DNA of 64,000 nucleotides. It comes from Octopus vulgaris. Its lineage: Eukaryota. The position numbers and the translations under genes are program-made. Below, piece by piece: positions 1-12,960 of the stretch (position 1 is its first letter; each line of letters opens with the position of its first letter). Below the pieces are notes generated by a model. The model was not told the DNA's origin, ran no database searches, and saw only the letters and a program-made list of their open reading frames with translations. The stretch lies in the NCBI GenBank assembly GCA_951406725.2, contig OX597819.1, forward strand, positions 71,114,001-71,178,000. Reading direction: 5' to 3'.

Positions 1-686
1 GGGTAAATCTGTTAGCGTATATGTGTGTGTGTGTATGTATGCATATACACACACATACACTTGAAAAAGTACCCGCTCATCTTCTCTTCCCCCTCCAGAC
101 ACGTTTTGGCCAATTTCTTCTTCTTTTTTCTGCACTTAAAATCTATGGGAGGAATCTTTGGGGTAAAATAAAAAAAATTATAGATATTTTCAGAGCAAAA
201 TGTATCCGATCTACGGCAGATTTGGCTGTTGTTTCTAGCACATCCCAAGACAACCTTCTCCGTTTCTTTCTCAATCTCGCATGCATTGATATCTGTCAAA
301 ATCTTTTTCTCACCATAAATATATTTATGTTAAAAAAAAAAATTGAGAATTTATATTTTTCAACCCCACTTCCCGAACCCTATTGTATCTGCTTATAATT
401 TAAAATATTGAAGAACCTCAGAAGGTCATCGATGCCATTTATCCACACTGATTTCATTTAAAATACGAGGTATGTAAAAAGATAATTTCTTTTTAAAAGC
501 ATACTTTTCTAGAAGAAAATATTTGTTCCTACAAACACACACGGCCTCGCTTGATTGAGGTTGGGGTAGAAATTTTAATTATTATTATTATTATTATTGT
601 TTTTTGTCCCATCAATCCCACCAAAGGATTAGGCGTGCGTTACTTTGGCATCATCATTCCATAAAATGTGTTGCGTGAGAGGAAAA

Positions 687-902
687 TATTCTTTTCTACT
701 CTAGGAATAAGGCCCGAAACTTTGTGGGAGGGGTGAGTATTTTAGATCGACGCCAGTATGCAACCGGTACTTAATTTATCGACGCGAAAGAATAAAAGGC
801 AGAGTCGACCTTAGAGGAATTTGAATTCAGAACGTAAAGACAAACGATATACACGGTAAGCATTTCGCCCGGAGTGCTAACGATTCTGCCAACTCGCCGC
901 CT
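687..902 (-). mobile_element. tRNA-derived SINE (Nin/Deu-domain-like, octopus type)
   Basis: Minus strand begins GGCGGCGAGTTGGCAGAATCGTTAGC (A box), then ATTCAAATTCC (B-box-like), then GTCGACTCTGCCTTTTATTC...GTCGATAAATTAAGTACC resembling the lophotrochozoan Nin domain. Confidence 0.75.
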
Positions 903-1475
903 TGGGGGAAGAAAACATCAATACATCAAAAACATGTGAGTGAATACATGTGAGAGTGAATACGAGGAGTGTGGCTTTCGGATTTGCTAGAAACAACAGC
1001 CAAATCTTTCTTGTATCGCACACCTTTTACTTTGAAATATTTACTTTTTCATTCTTTTTTTTTTTTTTATCTAAGCGGCTCCTCCCATAGTTTTTAAGTG
1101 CCACAAAATTGGCCAAAACTGGTCCGGCGTGGGATTTTGAGGAGAGTAAAAAGGATCAAAAAATTTCAAAACATTTTTTTCATAAAATAGATGCCCTCCC
1201 ACCCACGCTCACATCATTTTGAGGCTGTGGTGAAGAAAAAAAATAAAACAATGGAAAAAATCACCATGAAAACAGAAAAATTCCAACTTATGTAGTCTTC
1301 TTCATTCGAATCTCCATTTTTCCGACACTCCTCTCTCCAAACCCTCGGAAAAACTTTTCCCCACAAATCTCTTTATAATCGCAATCTATCCAGTTTGAAA
1401 GCTATTTTGTATAAACTTTAGTATAAATTTTAGTTGAATGGGGACAATCTCCTGTCCCTTAAAAGTATATATATA

Positions 1476-1513
<38 letters not shown>

Positions 1514-1866
1514 TGTCTTAGTTATTAATCAATTTCACCAATTCCTTTTACATACTGAATACTTGGTCCTTTTACCATGGTCCTTTTACATACTGAATAC
1601 TTGGTGAAATTGATTAATAACTAATTAATTTTACCCTAAATTGTTGAAATTATAATTCATTTCTCTCTGTTTATTGCCTCGGTTTTCACCGCTAAAATAT
1701 GGTGTTTGCTAGTTTGGCCCACGTGGGTGGAAGGGGAGAGCAGGAATTCTTCGCTTGCATATTTTGAATTTGTTGGCACTGTCAGTTTGAACGGGTCGTC
1801 TGAGGTGTTAAGTCGCCAAAAGGGTATGTTCCTACTTTCAGTGTTTCCAAATCCAAATTAAGAAAT

Positions 1867-1929
1867 TTTGGGCTGACGAAAGAAATGTCGAATTTTATTT
1901 GGCTGATCTAGAAACGTAACGTTCTCAAA
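1867..1929 (+). ncRNA. Degenerate type I hammerhead ribozyme (Penelope-type)
   Basis: tttggg-CTGACGA-aaga...tcta-GAAA-cgtaacg-TT-ctcaaa. Stem I and a near-palindromic stem III pair; the stem II closing pair is imperfect. Confidence 0.5.
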
Positions 1930-2314
1930 TAATCTTTGTTCTTGTGATTTTTTAATGCTTTTTACCCCCATACCTTCGTGGGTTATTTTGAGTAAACACT
2001 ATCAGAGAGAAATTTTCTTTAAGTATTAGAAATAGCTAAAAAACTTTTTTGGCTGCTATTTCTAATGAGTTCAGTATGTGGCAAAGTAATTTATTTTACT
2101 AAGCCCTTTTATATAATGTAATATTTTAAATATATGTATATATATATAAATGTATATAAATATATATATTATATATATATATATAAATATATGTATATAT
2201 ATATAAATTCATGTATGTATATATGTATATATTGCGGTAGATTTTGAAAATTTATAGCATATAGACTTGAGGCTTCCTTACTATCGCCTCGTGGATATAT
2301 GTTCGTCCTTGGCT

Positions 2315-2409
2315 TCTCTGCTGACGAGGCACGCCAGTTGTACATAAATTTAATTTAATTTAATTAATTTGCTTACTAAAGTTTGCCGAAACTATGCATA
2401 GTCCAGAGA
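2315..2409 (+). ncRNA. Type I hammerhead ribozyme
   Basis: tctctg-CTGACGA(2321-2327)-ggca...tgcc-GAAA(2388-2391)-ctatgcatag-TC-cagaga. All three stems pair and the core is intact; predicted cleavage after C2403. Confidence 0.8.
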
Positions 2410-2648
2410 TGAAAGGGTAAACGTTTTTATTTCTCTTTCAATTTCAGAATTACAACTATTAGCGGTTTGAGTTTGGCTGCTCTTTCTAGTGAGTCGAATG
2501 TCCTATTATGGCCATTCCTTATATTTTTGAATGTATATTATATAGTCTTTGACTATCTTTTCTTTCTCACTGGACCGCTGGTAGCGGAGAATTGTTTTGC
2601 TACTCTTATATTTATTAATATATATATATATATATATAAATGTATATA

Positions 2649-3938
2649 TTGGGTTGTCCGGAAAGTTCGTGCCAATTTTTAAAGGAAAGAAAAAGGTCAA
2701 TAAATACTTGCCATTACATTTTTAATCAACCAAATATGAACCATTTTGTTGTACAATGCGTCTCCATCTTTCCTTTAACTTGAAAATACCCTCTTTCCAG
2801 GATTGAGGTGGTTTCATGGCAAAGAATTTATCAAGACATCATTTGACGTCATCCAAGAAATTGAAATTTTTACCATTGAGACTATTCTGCAGAGACCTGA
2901 ATAAGTGGAAATCTGCAGGAGCAATATCTGGTGAATATGGAGGGTAGGGTAACACATCCCAGCCGAGCTGCAGCAATTTTTGTCTGGTTACCAAAGAAAC
3001 GTGCGGTCTTGCATTATCATGTTGGAAAACAACACCCTTCCCGTTGGCCAATTCTGGATGTTCCTCTTGAATTGCTACTTTTAACTCGTCCAGTTGTGTG
3101 CAGTATTTCTCAGAGTTAGTTGTCTGATTACTTGAGAGAAGCTCACAGTAAAGAATTCCTTTCCAATCCCACTAGACACAAAGCAAGACTTTTTTAGGGT
3201 GAAGACCCGCTTTTGGGGTGGCTAAGAGTGGCTCATGTCGCTTACTCCAGGATCGCTTTCTCCGAACATTTCGGTAGATAATCCATTTCTAATCACCTGT
3301 CACAATTTACTTTAAAAAACGTGCGTTTTCATTCTGTTTACAAAGCGAATCGCAGATGGAAATGCGATCCAAAAGGTTCTTAGGTTCTTCTCACTCAGCT
3401 CATGTGGTATTCAAACATCGTAGCGATTTGTGTACCCAAGCTTTCCCAGGGCTCATGAACGACGGATTTTGATAGGTTGAGGCTTTTTGCTAATTCTCGG
3501 ATTGTGCAATGTGGGTTATTCTCAATTAATGGCTTGATTTGGTCATCATCCGTAGTAGATGGTCTGCCTGATCGCTCTTTATCAATAAGGCTACAATCTC
3601 CAGCACGGAACCTTGCGAACCACTTCCGTGCAGTTCTTTCGGATAAAGAAACATCACCGTAAACTACGCATATTTCTTTGGTTCCTTGTGAGGCATTTTT
3701 CCCTTTACGGAAAAAGAAACGCATCAAGTGCCGAAAATGAACTTTCTTATCTTCCATTTAAAGGGTTACAGAATTAAAACAGGTTATAGGAACATAAACA
3801 TTCTTCCATGAAAAGATAGCTTAAACTGTTCTCTAAATGGAGGTGTAGCCAAATCCTATTTTATGGACTCAACCATATTCTAAAATAAGTCAAAAGGTAA
3901 GCTTCTATAAATCGGCACGAACTTTCTGGACAACCCAA
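2649..3938 (-). mobile_element. Full-length mariner transposon, decayed transposase
   Basis: TIRs TTGGGTTGTCCGGAAAGTTCGTGCC / GGCACGAACTTTCTGGACAACCCAA with flanking TA, ~1.29 kb. ORF pieces show the HTH N-terminus (MEDKKVHFRH...RSGRP) and HDNARPH...YSPDIAPADFHLFRSLQ. Confidence 0.95.
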
Positions 3939-4861
3939 TATATAAACCTCGCTAAGATAAGTATTTATTTATATTTAAGATCTTCAAATTGTAAATTTTA
4001 ATATTGTATAAGTCTTTGGTGTAATAATATTTTCCTTATGTAAATATCGTTGTTTATGTAATGATCTAATTATCGTAATTTTCTATATTATTAGATATTA
4101 AATTTAAGTTTATTCGTAAGATACTACTTAGCGATAGATTTGTTATTTGATAGCAAGCATACGAGTTGTATTAAGTTAGGCTTTTGTATATACATGTTTT
4201 AATAGTATTAATTGTAGTTTTAAATTTATAATTAAATTAGATAAACTTTGATAAACTTAGATATGTTTCGACTAAAGATTGGTCCAGGCCATGTCTAAGT
4301 TAATAGCATAACTTAGTTATTTCTTTAAATTGATATTCGCTAGTTATTCCCATTGATAATTATATTTATAGTATTTATAGTATTTATTCGATACTATATT
4401 ACTACGAATTGATTATTTCTATAAGTATTTTACATAAGATTTCCGAAAGTTCGTTTAAGTTTGTTTATTTGTATTTTGAAATTAGCTATTTCATCTTTAA
4501 ATATGAAAAATTAATTTATTAGGTTTCTATTATATGTGCATATATATTTATTTATAGAGATTATTTTAGATCTTAATATTTATATACATTTATATATTTT
4601 CATTGATAATTTATATATATTAGTCATTTTTAAATATTTATGTAATTAGATATAGACTAATACCGATATTAGATTATTGTTGGGTTTCCTACCTTATAAA
4701 TTAAAATTAATATTTAACATTATAGTCGATTTTGATATAATCATAATTGTTAAGTTTTATGTTTCTAGTTTGATAATAGAGTTTATTATAAGTAAAATTA
4801 TTATATTATTCATATCTTAAAGATATTGCTTAAATATTTCTGATTATATTTTAGATATTTC

Positions 4862-4937
4862 AATTAACCTGAAGATTGACTGTAACCATAACTCGATTAT
4901 TACGAATTGTACAGCCATGAAACGATCGTAGTGTTTT
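4862..4937 (+). ncRNA. Degenerate hammerhead ribozyme in a Penelope-like AT-rich tail
   Basis: CTGAAGA-ttgactgta...tacagccat-GAAA-cgatcg-TA; stem I is weak. Confidence 0.4.
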
Positions 4938-5068
4938 ACTCTTTATCTTTTATTAAACTTTTAATACTTTTGATATATATTTAAAATAATATAAATTAAT
5001 TAATTTTATGTATTGGCTTATGTTTTTCATTGTCTGATTTGCCTAATAGTGGTTTTATCTCTAATTTA

Positions 5069-5120
<52 letters not shown>

Positions 5121-5168
5121 TTATAAGTATATGAAAGAATGGAGTTGAACGACTAGTTAACAAATATC

Positions 5169-5262
5169 CCTTATTCTCGACATATGTTTCGAAGGCTGCA
5201 TATTCCTAATTCCGAAGGAATAAGGAGTACATTATGCAGATTTCTCATCAGGAAAATCAAGG
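5169..5262 (-). ncRNA. Type I hammerhead ribozyme (minus-strand arm)
   Basis: Reverse complement of the 5362-5456 hammerhead; core intact. Confidence 0.8.
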
Positions 5263-5361
5263 AACTTATGTCGACATCAAAATGCACAAAAAACTTTTAG
5301 CTGACCGCTCTCAAGGAGCCCATGGCGATAATTTTTGTGCATTTTGATGTCGACATAAATT

Positions 5362-5456
5362 CCTTGATTTTCCTGATGAGAAATCTGCATAATGTACTCC
5401 TTATTCCTTCGGAATTAGGAAAATGCAGCCTTCGAAACATATGTCGAGAATAAAGG
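5362..5456 (+). ncRNA. Type I hammerhead ribozyme
   Basis: ccttgattttc-CTGATGA(5373-5379)-gaa..tgcat..ttccTTCGgaa..atgca..ttc-GAAA(5434-5437)-catatg-TC-gagaataaagg; predicted cleavage after C5445. Confidence 0.85.
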
Positions 5457-6202
5457 ATATTTGTTAACTAGTCGTTCAACTCCATTCTTTCATATATTTA
5501 TAATTTTAAAATAAACATACAAATTTCCGCACGAAGACACGTAGTCTATGCCCTAGGGACGTAGCTTCAACCGTGTTCTTTCTGATGTGAATTTGCTACC
5601 CAGTTATCGGTTAGCTTTCGAATTATCCTTAATAAGATAATTCATTCAATTACTCAAATATATATATATATATATGTCTCTCTTTTTCTGTGTTTGTGTA
5701 TTTCTGTGTGTGTGTGTATGTGTGTGTGTGTGTTTCTGTGTTTCCGCGTGTGTGCGTTTGTGTGTTTATATGTTTGTGCGAACGTGTGAATTAAGTGTGG
5801 GAAGAGGTAAGTATTAGCGTAAGGTGAGGCGATCACTATGAGTTGATAGACGAAGGTTTAATTTACACAAATCTTTGGATCGGCACCGAAAACGACAGCT
5901 TCGGCGGTGTACTTGAAAGGAAATCAGGGAAGTATTTTTTTATTTATTGGTTACAGAATAGATTATGAGTGCGTGCATGTGTATCGGTATTTGTCAATGC
6001 ATTTGTGCATTTGAACATATGTCTTTGCTGTAGATATTAGCTTATTTATTATCACGGGTGATTATCAGCCGGTTATTGATATCAAAATTAATGGATTCCA
6101 AACTTTTTAGTTAACAAAAAAAGAAGATTAAAACACAATGATGCATGGAGAGTAGTTGCTGTTAGCATGGTGAGTGATGAGATATGTGTGTGTATTGAAT
6201 AT

Positions 6203-7400
6203 ATATTTTGTTGTCCGAAAAGATCATGCCAAAATTTCAGAGAAATTAAACGACAAAACAAAATTATGCCATTAAATATCTATTCAACTAAATATGAGCA
6301 ATTTTGTTGCACAACGTTTCTCCATTTTTCCTTCAACTTAAAGATTCCGTTTTCTCAGAACTTGGGTAAAGAACTCATTAAGGTATTTTTTTTTGTGTCC
6401 TCCAAAGAATTAAAACAGATTATTTTGCAAGGACCTGAATAAATGAAAATCCGAAGGAGCAATGTCTGATGAATATGGCGGGTGGGGTAACACATACCAG
6501 CCAAGCTGCAACAATATTTGATGGGTCTGGCATTATCCTGGTAGAAAACAACACCTTTCCTGTTTGCCATTTCTGGCTGTTTTTCTTGAATTGCTACCTT
6601 TAAATTGTCCAGTTGCAAGCTGTACTTCTAAGAATTACTTGGCAGAAGCTCATAGCACAGGATCCCTTTCCAATCCCACCAGATGCAGCGCATGACCTTC
6701 TTAAGATGAAGACCTGCTTTTGGGGTGGCTAAAGGAGGCTCATGTCGCTTAGCTCAGAATCCTTTTCACTGAATATTGTTGATAACGTTCCCATTTTCAT
6801 CACCCGTCACAATTTGCTTCAAAAAGTTTACATTTTCATTGCATTTATACGGCAAATCAAAGGTAGAAATATGACCCAAAAGATTCTTTTCACTCAGATT
6901 ATCTGGTACCCAAGCTTCATTAAGGGCTCATGGATGGCTGATTTTGATACAATAAGTGTTTTTGCCAATTCCCGCGTTATTTAATGCGGATTATTCTCAA
7001 TCAATGTCTTAATTTGATCGTCATTTGAAGTGGGTGCACTGCCTGAGTGTTCTTCATCAAAAAGGCTACAATCACCAACTCTAAACTTAGCCAACCTCTT
7101 CCATACGGTTCTGTCGGCTAAAGCACCTTCACTGCACATAGTACATATCTTTTTTTGCCTGCAAGGCATTTTTGCCTTAACGATAAAAAAAAAAGGATCT
7201 AGTGTATAAATGCACCTGATAATCTTTCATTTGTAAAACTGACACGAATTAAATGATTTTAAACTTACTTTCTCAAGAGATAGTTTGAAGTGTGCGCTAA
7301 CCGGAAATGTAAGAATATTTATTGGTCGATAGATTTGACATGTTCTAACGAGTTGGAACATGAACGACTCAAAATCGGTATGAACTTACCGGACGACTCA

Positions 7401-7402
<2 letters not shown>
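6203..7402 (-). mobile_element. Mariner transposon, decayed
   Basis: Degenerate TIRs (ttgtccgaaaagatcatgcc / ggtatgaacttaccggacgac); peptide remnants NRKGVVFYQDNARP and the HTH region. Related to the 2649-3938 element. Confidence 0.85.
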
Positions 7403-7439
<37 letters not shown>

Positions 7440-7521
7440 TTCATACGTACATGCACGCACGCACGCACACACACACACACACATATATATATATGTATAA
7501 ATACATACGTACGTATATACA

Positions 7522-7564
<43 letters not shown>

Positions 7565-7642
7565 AATATTAGGGAATAAATCCAAACTTACAGGGAAAAA
7601 TCAGATTTAGGATTGAATCCAATTTTATAGTAAAATATTATA

Positions 7643-7881
7643 TTATATTAAATTAGAGATAAAACCACTATTAGGCAAATCATACAATGAAAAACTTAAG
7701 CCAATACATAAGATTATTTAATTTATATTATTTAAATATATAACAAAATTATTAAAAATTTTTTTAATATTTTAAAAATAATTTTGTTATATATTTAAAT
7801 AATATAAATTAGATAATCTTATGTATTGGCTTAAGTTTTTCATTGTATGATTTGCCTAATAGTGGTTTTATCTCTAATTTA

Positions 7882-7889
<8 letters not shown>
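7643..7889. repeat. AT-rich palindrome (inverted Penelope-like tail)
   Basis: ttagagataaaaccactattaggcaaatcatacaatg... is mirrored by ...cattgtatgatttgcctaatagtggttttatctctaa; the right arm resembles 4975-5075. Confidence 0.8.
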
Positions 7890-7971
<82 letters not shown>

Positions 7972-8199
7972 TGTGTGCGTGTGTGTGTATAGTCACACAG
8001 CTGCACCCTCGTTAGACGAGAAATGCCATTGCCAAAAAGACTTACCGGAATGATTAATTATTGATGCCATGTGATGCCCTTATATGACTTTTAAGCCCAG
8101 CCAAAGTTTTACACATTTTATTACATACTGCACATCTGTGATGGCAGGCAGGCAGGAGAAACAGGTGCCATCATATGCACTCACTTAACATGTCTTTTC

Positions 8200-9790
8200 A
8201 AACCTCCAGCTGAGAGGCACACCCTTCCACATTTTACGCATGTTCTGTTGTGAATTGTAATAATTGCATCATGGTTTATAATGGTCGATTCCTCTGAGAT
8301 GTTTGATGGCTAACCAGACCAGCACGACTCAAACACCTCCTCCCACAAACCACACATACAAAAAACAACATTCCCTTTCTCGCCACAGGCTCCCTCCTAA
8401 TTCACTCATACTTCACTCCTCCCCTCTCAAACCCCAAACAACCACCATGCACTGTCTTCCGCCATCCATCCTGATCCTGTGCCTCCTCTCAATCACCAAC
8501 TGCAATTCCTGTCTGTACTAGAACATTTTAAAAGCAATCCTTAAACCTTAGTCTAGGTTTATGCGCTGTTCTCCTACCGTCTTCCAGCTCACCATACAAT
8601 AGCTGCTTGGGCAGTCTCTCATCATTCATCCTTATCAGATGTCCCTTCCACCTCAAACGTCTTTGCAGAATCATTGACTTTATACTTCTACTGCCACTCC
8701 TCTCAAGCACCTCCACGCGACTAATGACCATTTTCCAGTTTATCCACCAATTTTTTTCTCAGACACTATTGATGGTATTGATCCAGTTGCCTTACCTGCC
8801 TACGGTAAACAACTCATGCCTCACTCCCATATAACAAAGATGGCAGGACGCACATGTTATACACCTTAACTTTAATTTGTGAAGATATATTATGTCGTGT
8901 CCAGAGACACTTGTCCTGCCTACCAAAAGCACTACAAGCCCTGCTGATTCTGTATGAAATTTCATCATCAAGACCAGCAATGCTCAAGGCACTTTCCTAA
9001 ATAAATAAATCTATACACAGTCTCCAACCTTTGACGAATCACAGTTATAAAAGGGTCCACATACATATTGGAAGGAGAAGGCTGGTACATTATACCAGTT
9101 TTTTCAGATTGACCGTGAGAGCCAATGCTGCACATGCTGCAGAAATCGCATTCAGTATGTGCTGCATATCTTTCTGAGAATGTGCCAAACGGTCACAATC
9201 ATCTGCATACAAAAACTCAATGAGGTGAGAATGCAGAACTTTCGTTTTGGCATCGAGTCTTTTGAGATTGAATAGTTTTCCTGTTCTATTGTCATATATC
9301 TTATATCGATCCCTTCAGTGCAACCCTCAAAAGTTATCTGAAAGACTATTGCAAAATACACAGCAAGCAATGTAGGAGCAGGAATATCACCTTGTCTTAC
9401 ACCATTTTCTACAGAAATTGGATCTGATAAGGTACCTCCAACATTAACTCTCACTTCAATCTTGCCATGAAATTGTTTAAGCATTCTCACAAATTTTTCA
9501 GGGCATCCTAGCTTTTCCAGGATCTGGCAAAGTGCAACTCTAGAGACAGAATCAAATACTTTCGTTAGTCAATGAAAACCTGATATAAGTCCATATTCTG
9601 TTCGATGCTCTTCTCTTGCAACTGTTTAGCTGGAAATATTATATTCATAGTACTCCTACTATCCCTAAATCTACATTGCGATTCTGGTAGAACCTCATGA
9701 GTAATGTGCAGAAGCAATCTGTTCAGCATTAACCCTACAAAAGGCCGTTCCAGCAACAGCTAACAGACAGATGCTGCGATAATTATCAGA
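8200..9790 (-). mobile_element. RTE-clade non-LTR retrotransposon fragment (RT and C-terminus), frameshifted
   Basis: VLPESQCRFR..STMNIIF..QLQEKSIEQNMDLYQVFID; NGVRQGDIPAPTL; LRWKGHLIRMNDERLPKQLLYGEL..GRR...PRLRFKDC. Confidence 0.9.
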
Positions 9791-10739
9791 CATCCTTATA
9801 CGAAAATGAAAAATATGTACTAAAAATATATATACTAAATATATATACTAAAAATATGCATACTAAAAATGAAAAGTGCGGACGCAGAGTGCTAGAATAT
9901 TCTTAAGTATTGAACCTAGTAAATTAATGTAAAAGCATTAATTAGGCGTGAGAAAGTACAGAAGAAGAAAAGAGCTTAAAATATTGCTGCTGAAGTTAGA
10001 ATTTGCAAAATAAAAGTTTTGAACTTGCTTATCAAATAGTGCGTGAACTTTGTTGTTTTCTTATAGATTTTCTTATAGATTCTTATAGATTTTTGGCTTT
10101 TTATTGCAATTGTTTTGAAATCAAAGTTAATAGTTTTGCTTTAAAATTTTCTGTGTACTAAGCTATTTTTATTGTAACATTATTTTACAATTTTATTTTC
10201 TTAACAAAACTCATTATCTAAAAATTTTAAACCACAGTTATTATGTTAATATTAAATTCGTTCAGAATATATGTAATCCAAAAATAAGAGTAAAAATAGT
10301 TAAAATTTATTTAAAGAAACAAAAGAACTAATTTCATTAGCATTTTCATTTTGAGATGAGTATTTTCTATTTCCAGTCAGAATACTCTCCCAAACTTAAT
10401 TACTGCTTGTCCTGTAATTCTTCCGCTTCAATACTTAAACATAGTCTAGCACTCTGCGCCGCATTTTTGCATTGTAGTCCAATTTTTTCTGTTATCATAA
10501 TTAATTATGTTTACCCTCATATTTTTCATTCCAGTAATACTAAAATAAGACAGAAATGTTTCAGTTAAATACAAAGAAATTTGTAAATCAAAATATTAGC
10601 TTCAATTTAAAAAAGTTGCAATAAAAAGCAAAAAAATGTTAAATAGTATAAAACTGCACCCACTATTTGATGAATACTTTCAGGAATTTATTTTGACCTA
10701 AATTTTCCAAAACACCTTCCGTTCCATTTTTCATAGCTT

Positions 10740-11060
10740 TTGCTCTGGTCCATATCATTCTGTTGTCTCGAATGTAAGGACAGCCGACATTTGCCTGTCA
10801 TATTAAAAACGGTAAAGGATTGGAACCATTGATAAATTTTCCAGATGATTTTCTTTGAAGCTGATGAAGCATTTTGACGCAGTTCCCATTCCTTTTTAAT
10901 TTGCCACTTTCGGCAACAAAAAAATTGAATCTTCTTTCAGCCTTAGGAAAGCCAAATCGACATTTTTGACCACATTTTTTGCTTTACCATAAACCCTCCA
11001 GCAAGTTTTTCTACATGAATGCGTTTGAAAATGATTGACTAAATTGTAAAGAGTGAGGGT
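10740..11060 (-). mobile_element. Helitron/Helentron Rep-domain remnant
   Basis: Manual minus-strand translation LYNLVNHFQTHSCRKTCWR...KCRFGFPK...IN..NP resembles the segment downstream of the Helitron Rep HUH motifs. Confidence 0.6.
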
Positions 11061-11084
11061 TGATGGTAATCCTCAAGTAACATA

Positions 11085-11146
11085 CAGGGTGGTGCAAACG
11101 TAGGCTTACAATTATACAACTGTAAGTCTACTTTTACACCACCCTG
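11085..11146. mobile_element. TIR-only Tc1/mariner-type mini MITE
   Basis: TA|CAGGGTGGTGCAAACGTAGGCTTACA...TGTAAGTCTACTTTTACACCACCCTG|TA, a 62-bp hairpin with TA duplication. Confidence 0.7.
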
Positions 11147-11269
11147 TATTGTTCTATAAAATGTTGATTTGTTTCTGGAGAATTTTTGTCATAAATAGGT
11201 ACTTGATCCACCTAAATTTTCTTATGAACATGTTGAGCTTCTCTTCGTTTGATACTCTATTCTTAAAAA

Positions 11270-11433
11270 CTAATAGGTAATGTTGCCAAGAATTGTATTG
11301 TCCGCGCCTCCCCGCCCGCCTACAAAAAATGAACTTGAGCAGCATGAAAAGGAGTGCTTTGCTCAAGAACACAATGCATCGCCCGGTCCAAGAATCGAAA
11401 CCACAGTCTTACGATTATGAGTGCAATACTCTA
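11270..11433 (-). mobile_element. tRNA-derived SINE fragment
   Basis: Minus strand has GGTTTCGATTC (B box) followed by TTGTGTTCTTGAGCAAAGCACT, a conserved SINE core motif. Confidence 0.65.
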
Positions 11434-11628
11434 GGTGAAATTCGTAATTCTAGTCTCTGAGTAGAAGCAACAGACGGAATACGAATGAGCACATGAGAGG
11501 CGTCATTTCTCTGTTGCGTTTATGAACTTCACCTGCAGCCTATGCCATCGCTGCAGCCCAAATGCGAGCATACTAGAGATGACTTCTGAAAAGGAACAGT
11601 CAACGTCGACCTACGACAAACACCAACA

Positions 11629-11678
<50 letters not shown>

Positions 11679-12559
11679 GTTTGTGTGTTTGTATATTTGT
11701 ATATATATATTCATTTCCAAGTAAGTTTTTTCTTAATAATTCCGATGCGCACTCTACATCCTATCTCTATTTTATCTATCTCCCTCTCGTGTTCTTCTTC
11801 CTTTCTGATTTCCTCTCCCACCCTTTCCCTATTCGTCTCATCTCGCCATCACCGTCCCCCTCTCTCTCTTTCTCTCACTCTTCCTCCTTGACTCTCTCTT
11901 TGCTCACACGTGACCAACGGCTATCTATCTTTCTTTCCTCCACTTCCTTCCTAAAGACAAGATGTGCTTTTGCCTGTTTCTTCTCAAAGTTCGTCGTCCC
12001 AACGTTCACCACTTGACCTCGTCATGGCTTAACATCCCTCACCGTTTGTTTTTACTGTTTTTTTTTATAACTGTACTGTTTTTGTTACCACTTTATTCCT
12101 CCACAAAAATTCCAAATTTTATTTAATTTGCTTTGCGGGAAGAACTGTTTTAACGAAGTCGAGTCTTGTCCCTACCTTCGAAACACGGAGTAGATAAAAC
12201 AGGGGACAAATGATGAAGGGATTGTTCTTTATGTTGCCTGTCTCGTTTCTCTGTGTTTCTTTCGTTGTTCGAAAAAAAGTTCGTTTTCTATGTTTTTGTT
12301 TTTTATGTTCTCGTTTCTCATTTTGTTCACGTGTTTTCGACGTCCTGTACCCATATATGTATCTATATATACATATGTATGTAGATATGTACATATATGC
12401 ATGTATATATGCATATATTTATATATTATTTATATTATTATATTATCGAACGCCACGCATCCATTTCCAAGTACATATACATATGTATGTATATATATTT
12501 ATATATATATATATATATGTACGTATATATATACTAGGGTTAGGGTTATATATATATAA

Positions 12560-12960
12560 GGGAAAACAAGTTATATATAGGGGAAAACAAGTTCGTGAAA
12601 GATGGAGAGAAGCCAGTGAGGACAGCAAAAACGACAAATAGCTTACTAAATGGATCCCAATCATGAAATATGAAAGCGGACATAGGGTAGAGACTGCAAT
12701 TTCCCCAGGCTGTCCCTACAACCTTGAGACCAGATGTAGTTAGGTGGTCTGAAAAGATCAGGAAAATTATCTTGATTGAGCTTTTAATCCTGTGGGAAGA
12801 AGAGTACGGTCAGGCCCACGAATTGAATCGAGTTAAATATGAGAGTATTCTGCAGTATTGCAGAGAGGAGGGATGGTAGTTATGGCTTTTTTCTAGTCGA
12901 GGTTGGCTGCAGGGGTTTCCCTCTCCAGTCGGTACAGAGGATACTTACAGCCACTGGAAT
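12560..12960 (+). mobile_element. HERO-like (RLE) non-LTR retrotransposon 3' remnant
   Basis: Manual translation LQFPQAVPTTLRPDVVRWSEKIRKIILIELLILWEEEYGQAHELNRVKY...CREEGW*...VEVGCRGF is a PD-(D/E)xK restriction-like endonuclease of HERO type. Confidence 0.8.

Larger units (their letters stand above)
5115..5509. repeat. Long palindrome of inverted Penelope pseudo-LTRs (arms ~178 bp, loop ~39 bp)
   Basis: 5115-5292 is the near-perfect reverse complement of 5332-5509; each arm holds a hammerhead. Confidence 0.9.

Noticed and set aside
687-902. tRNA genes
   Set aside because: The A/B boxes belong to SINE heads; no complete cloverleaf was seen.
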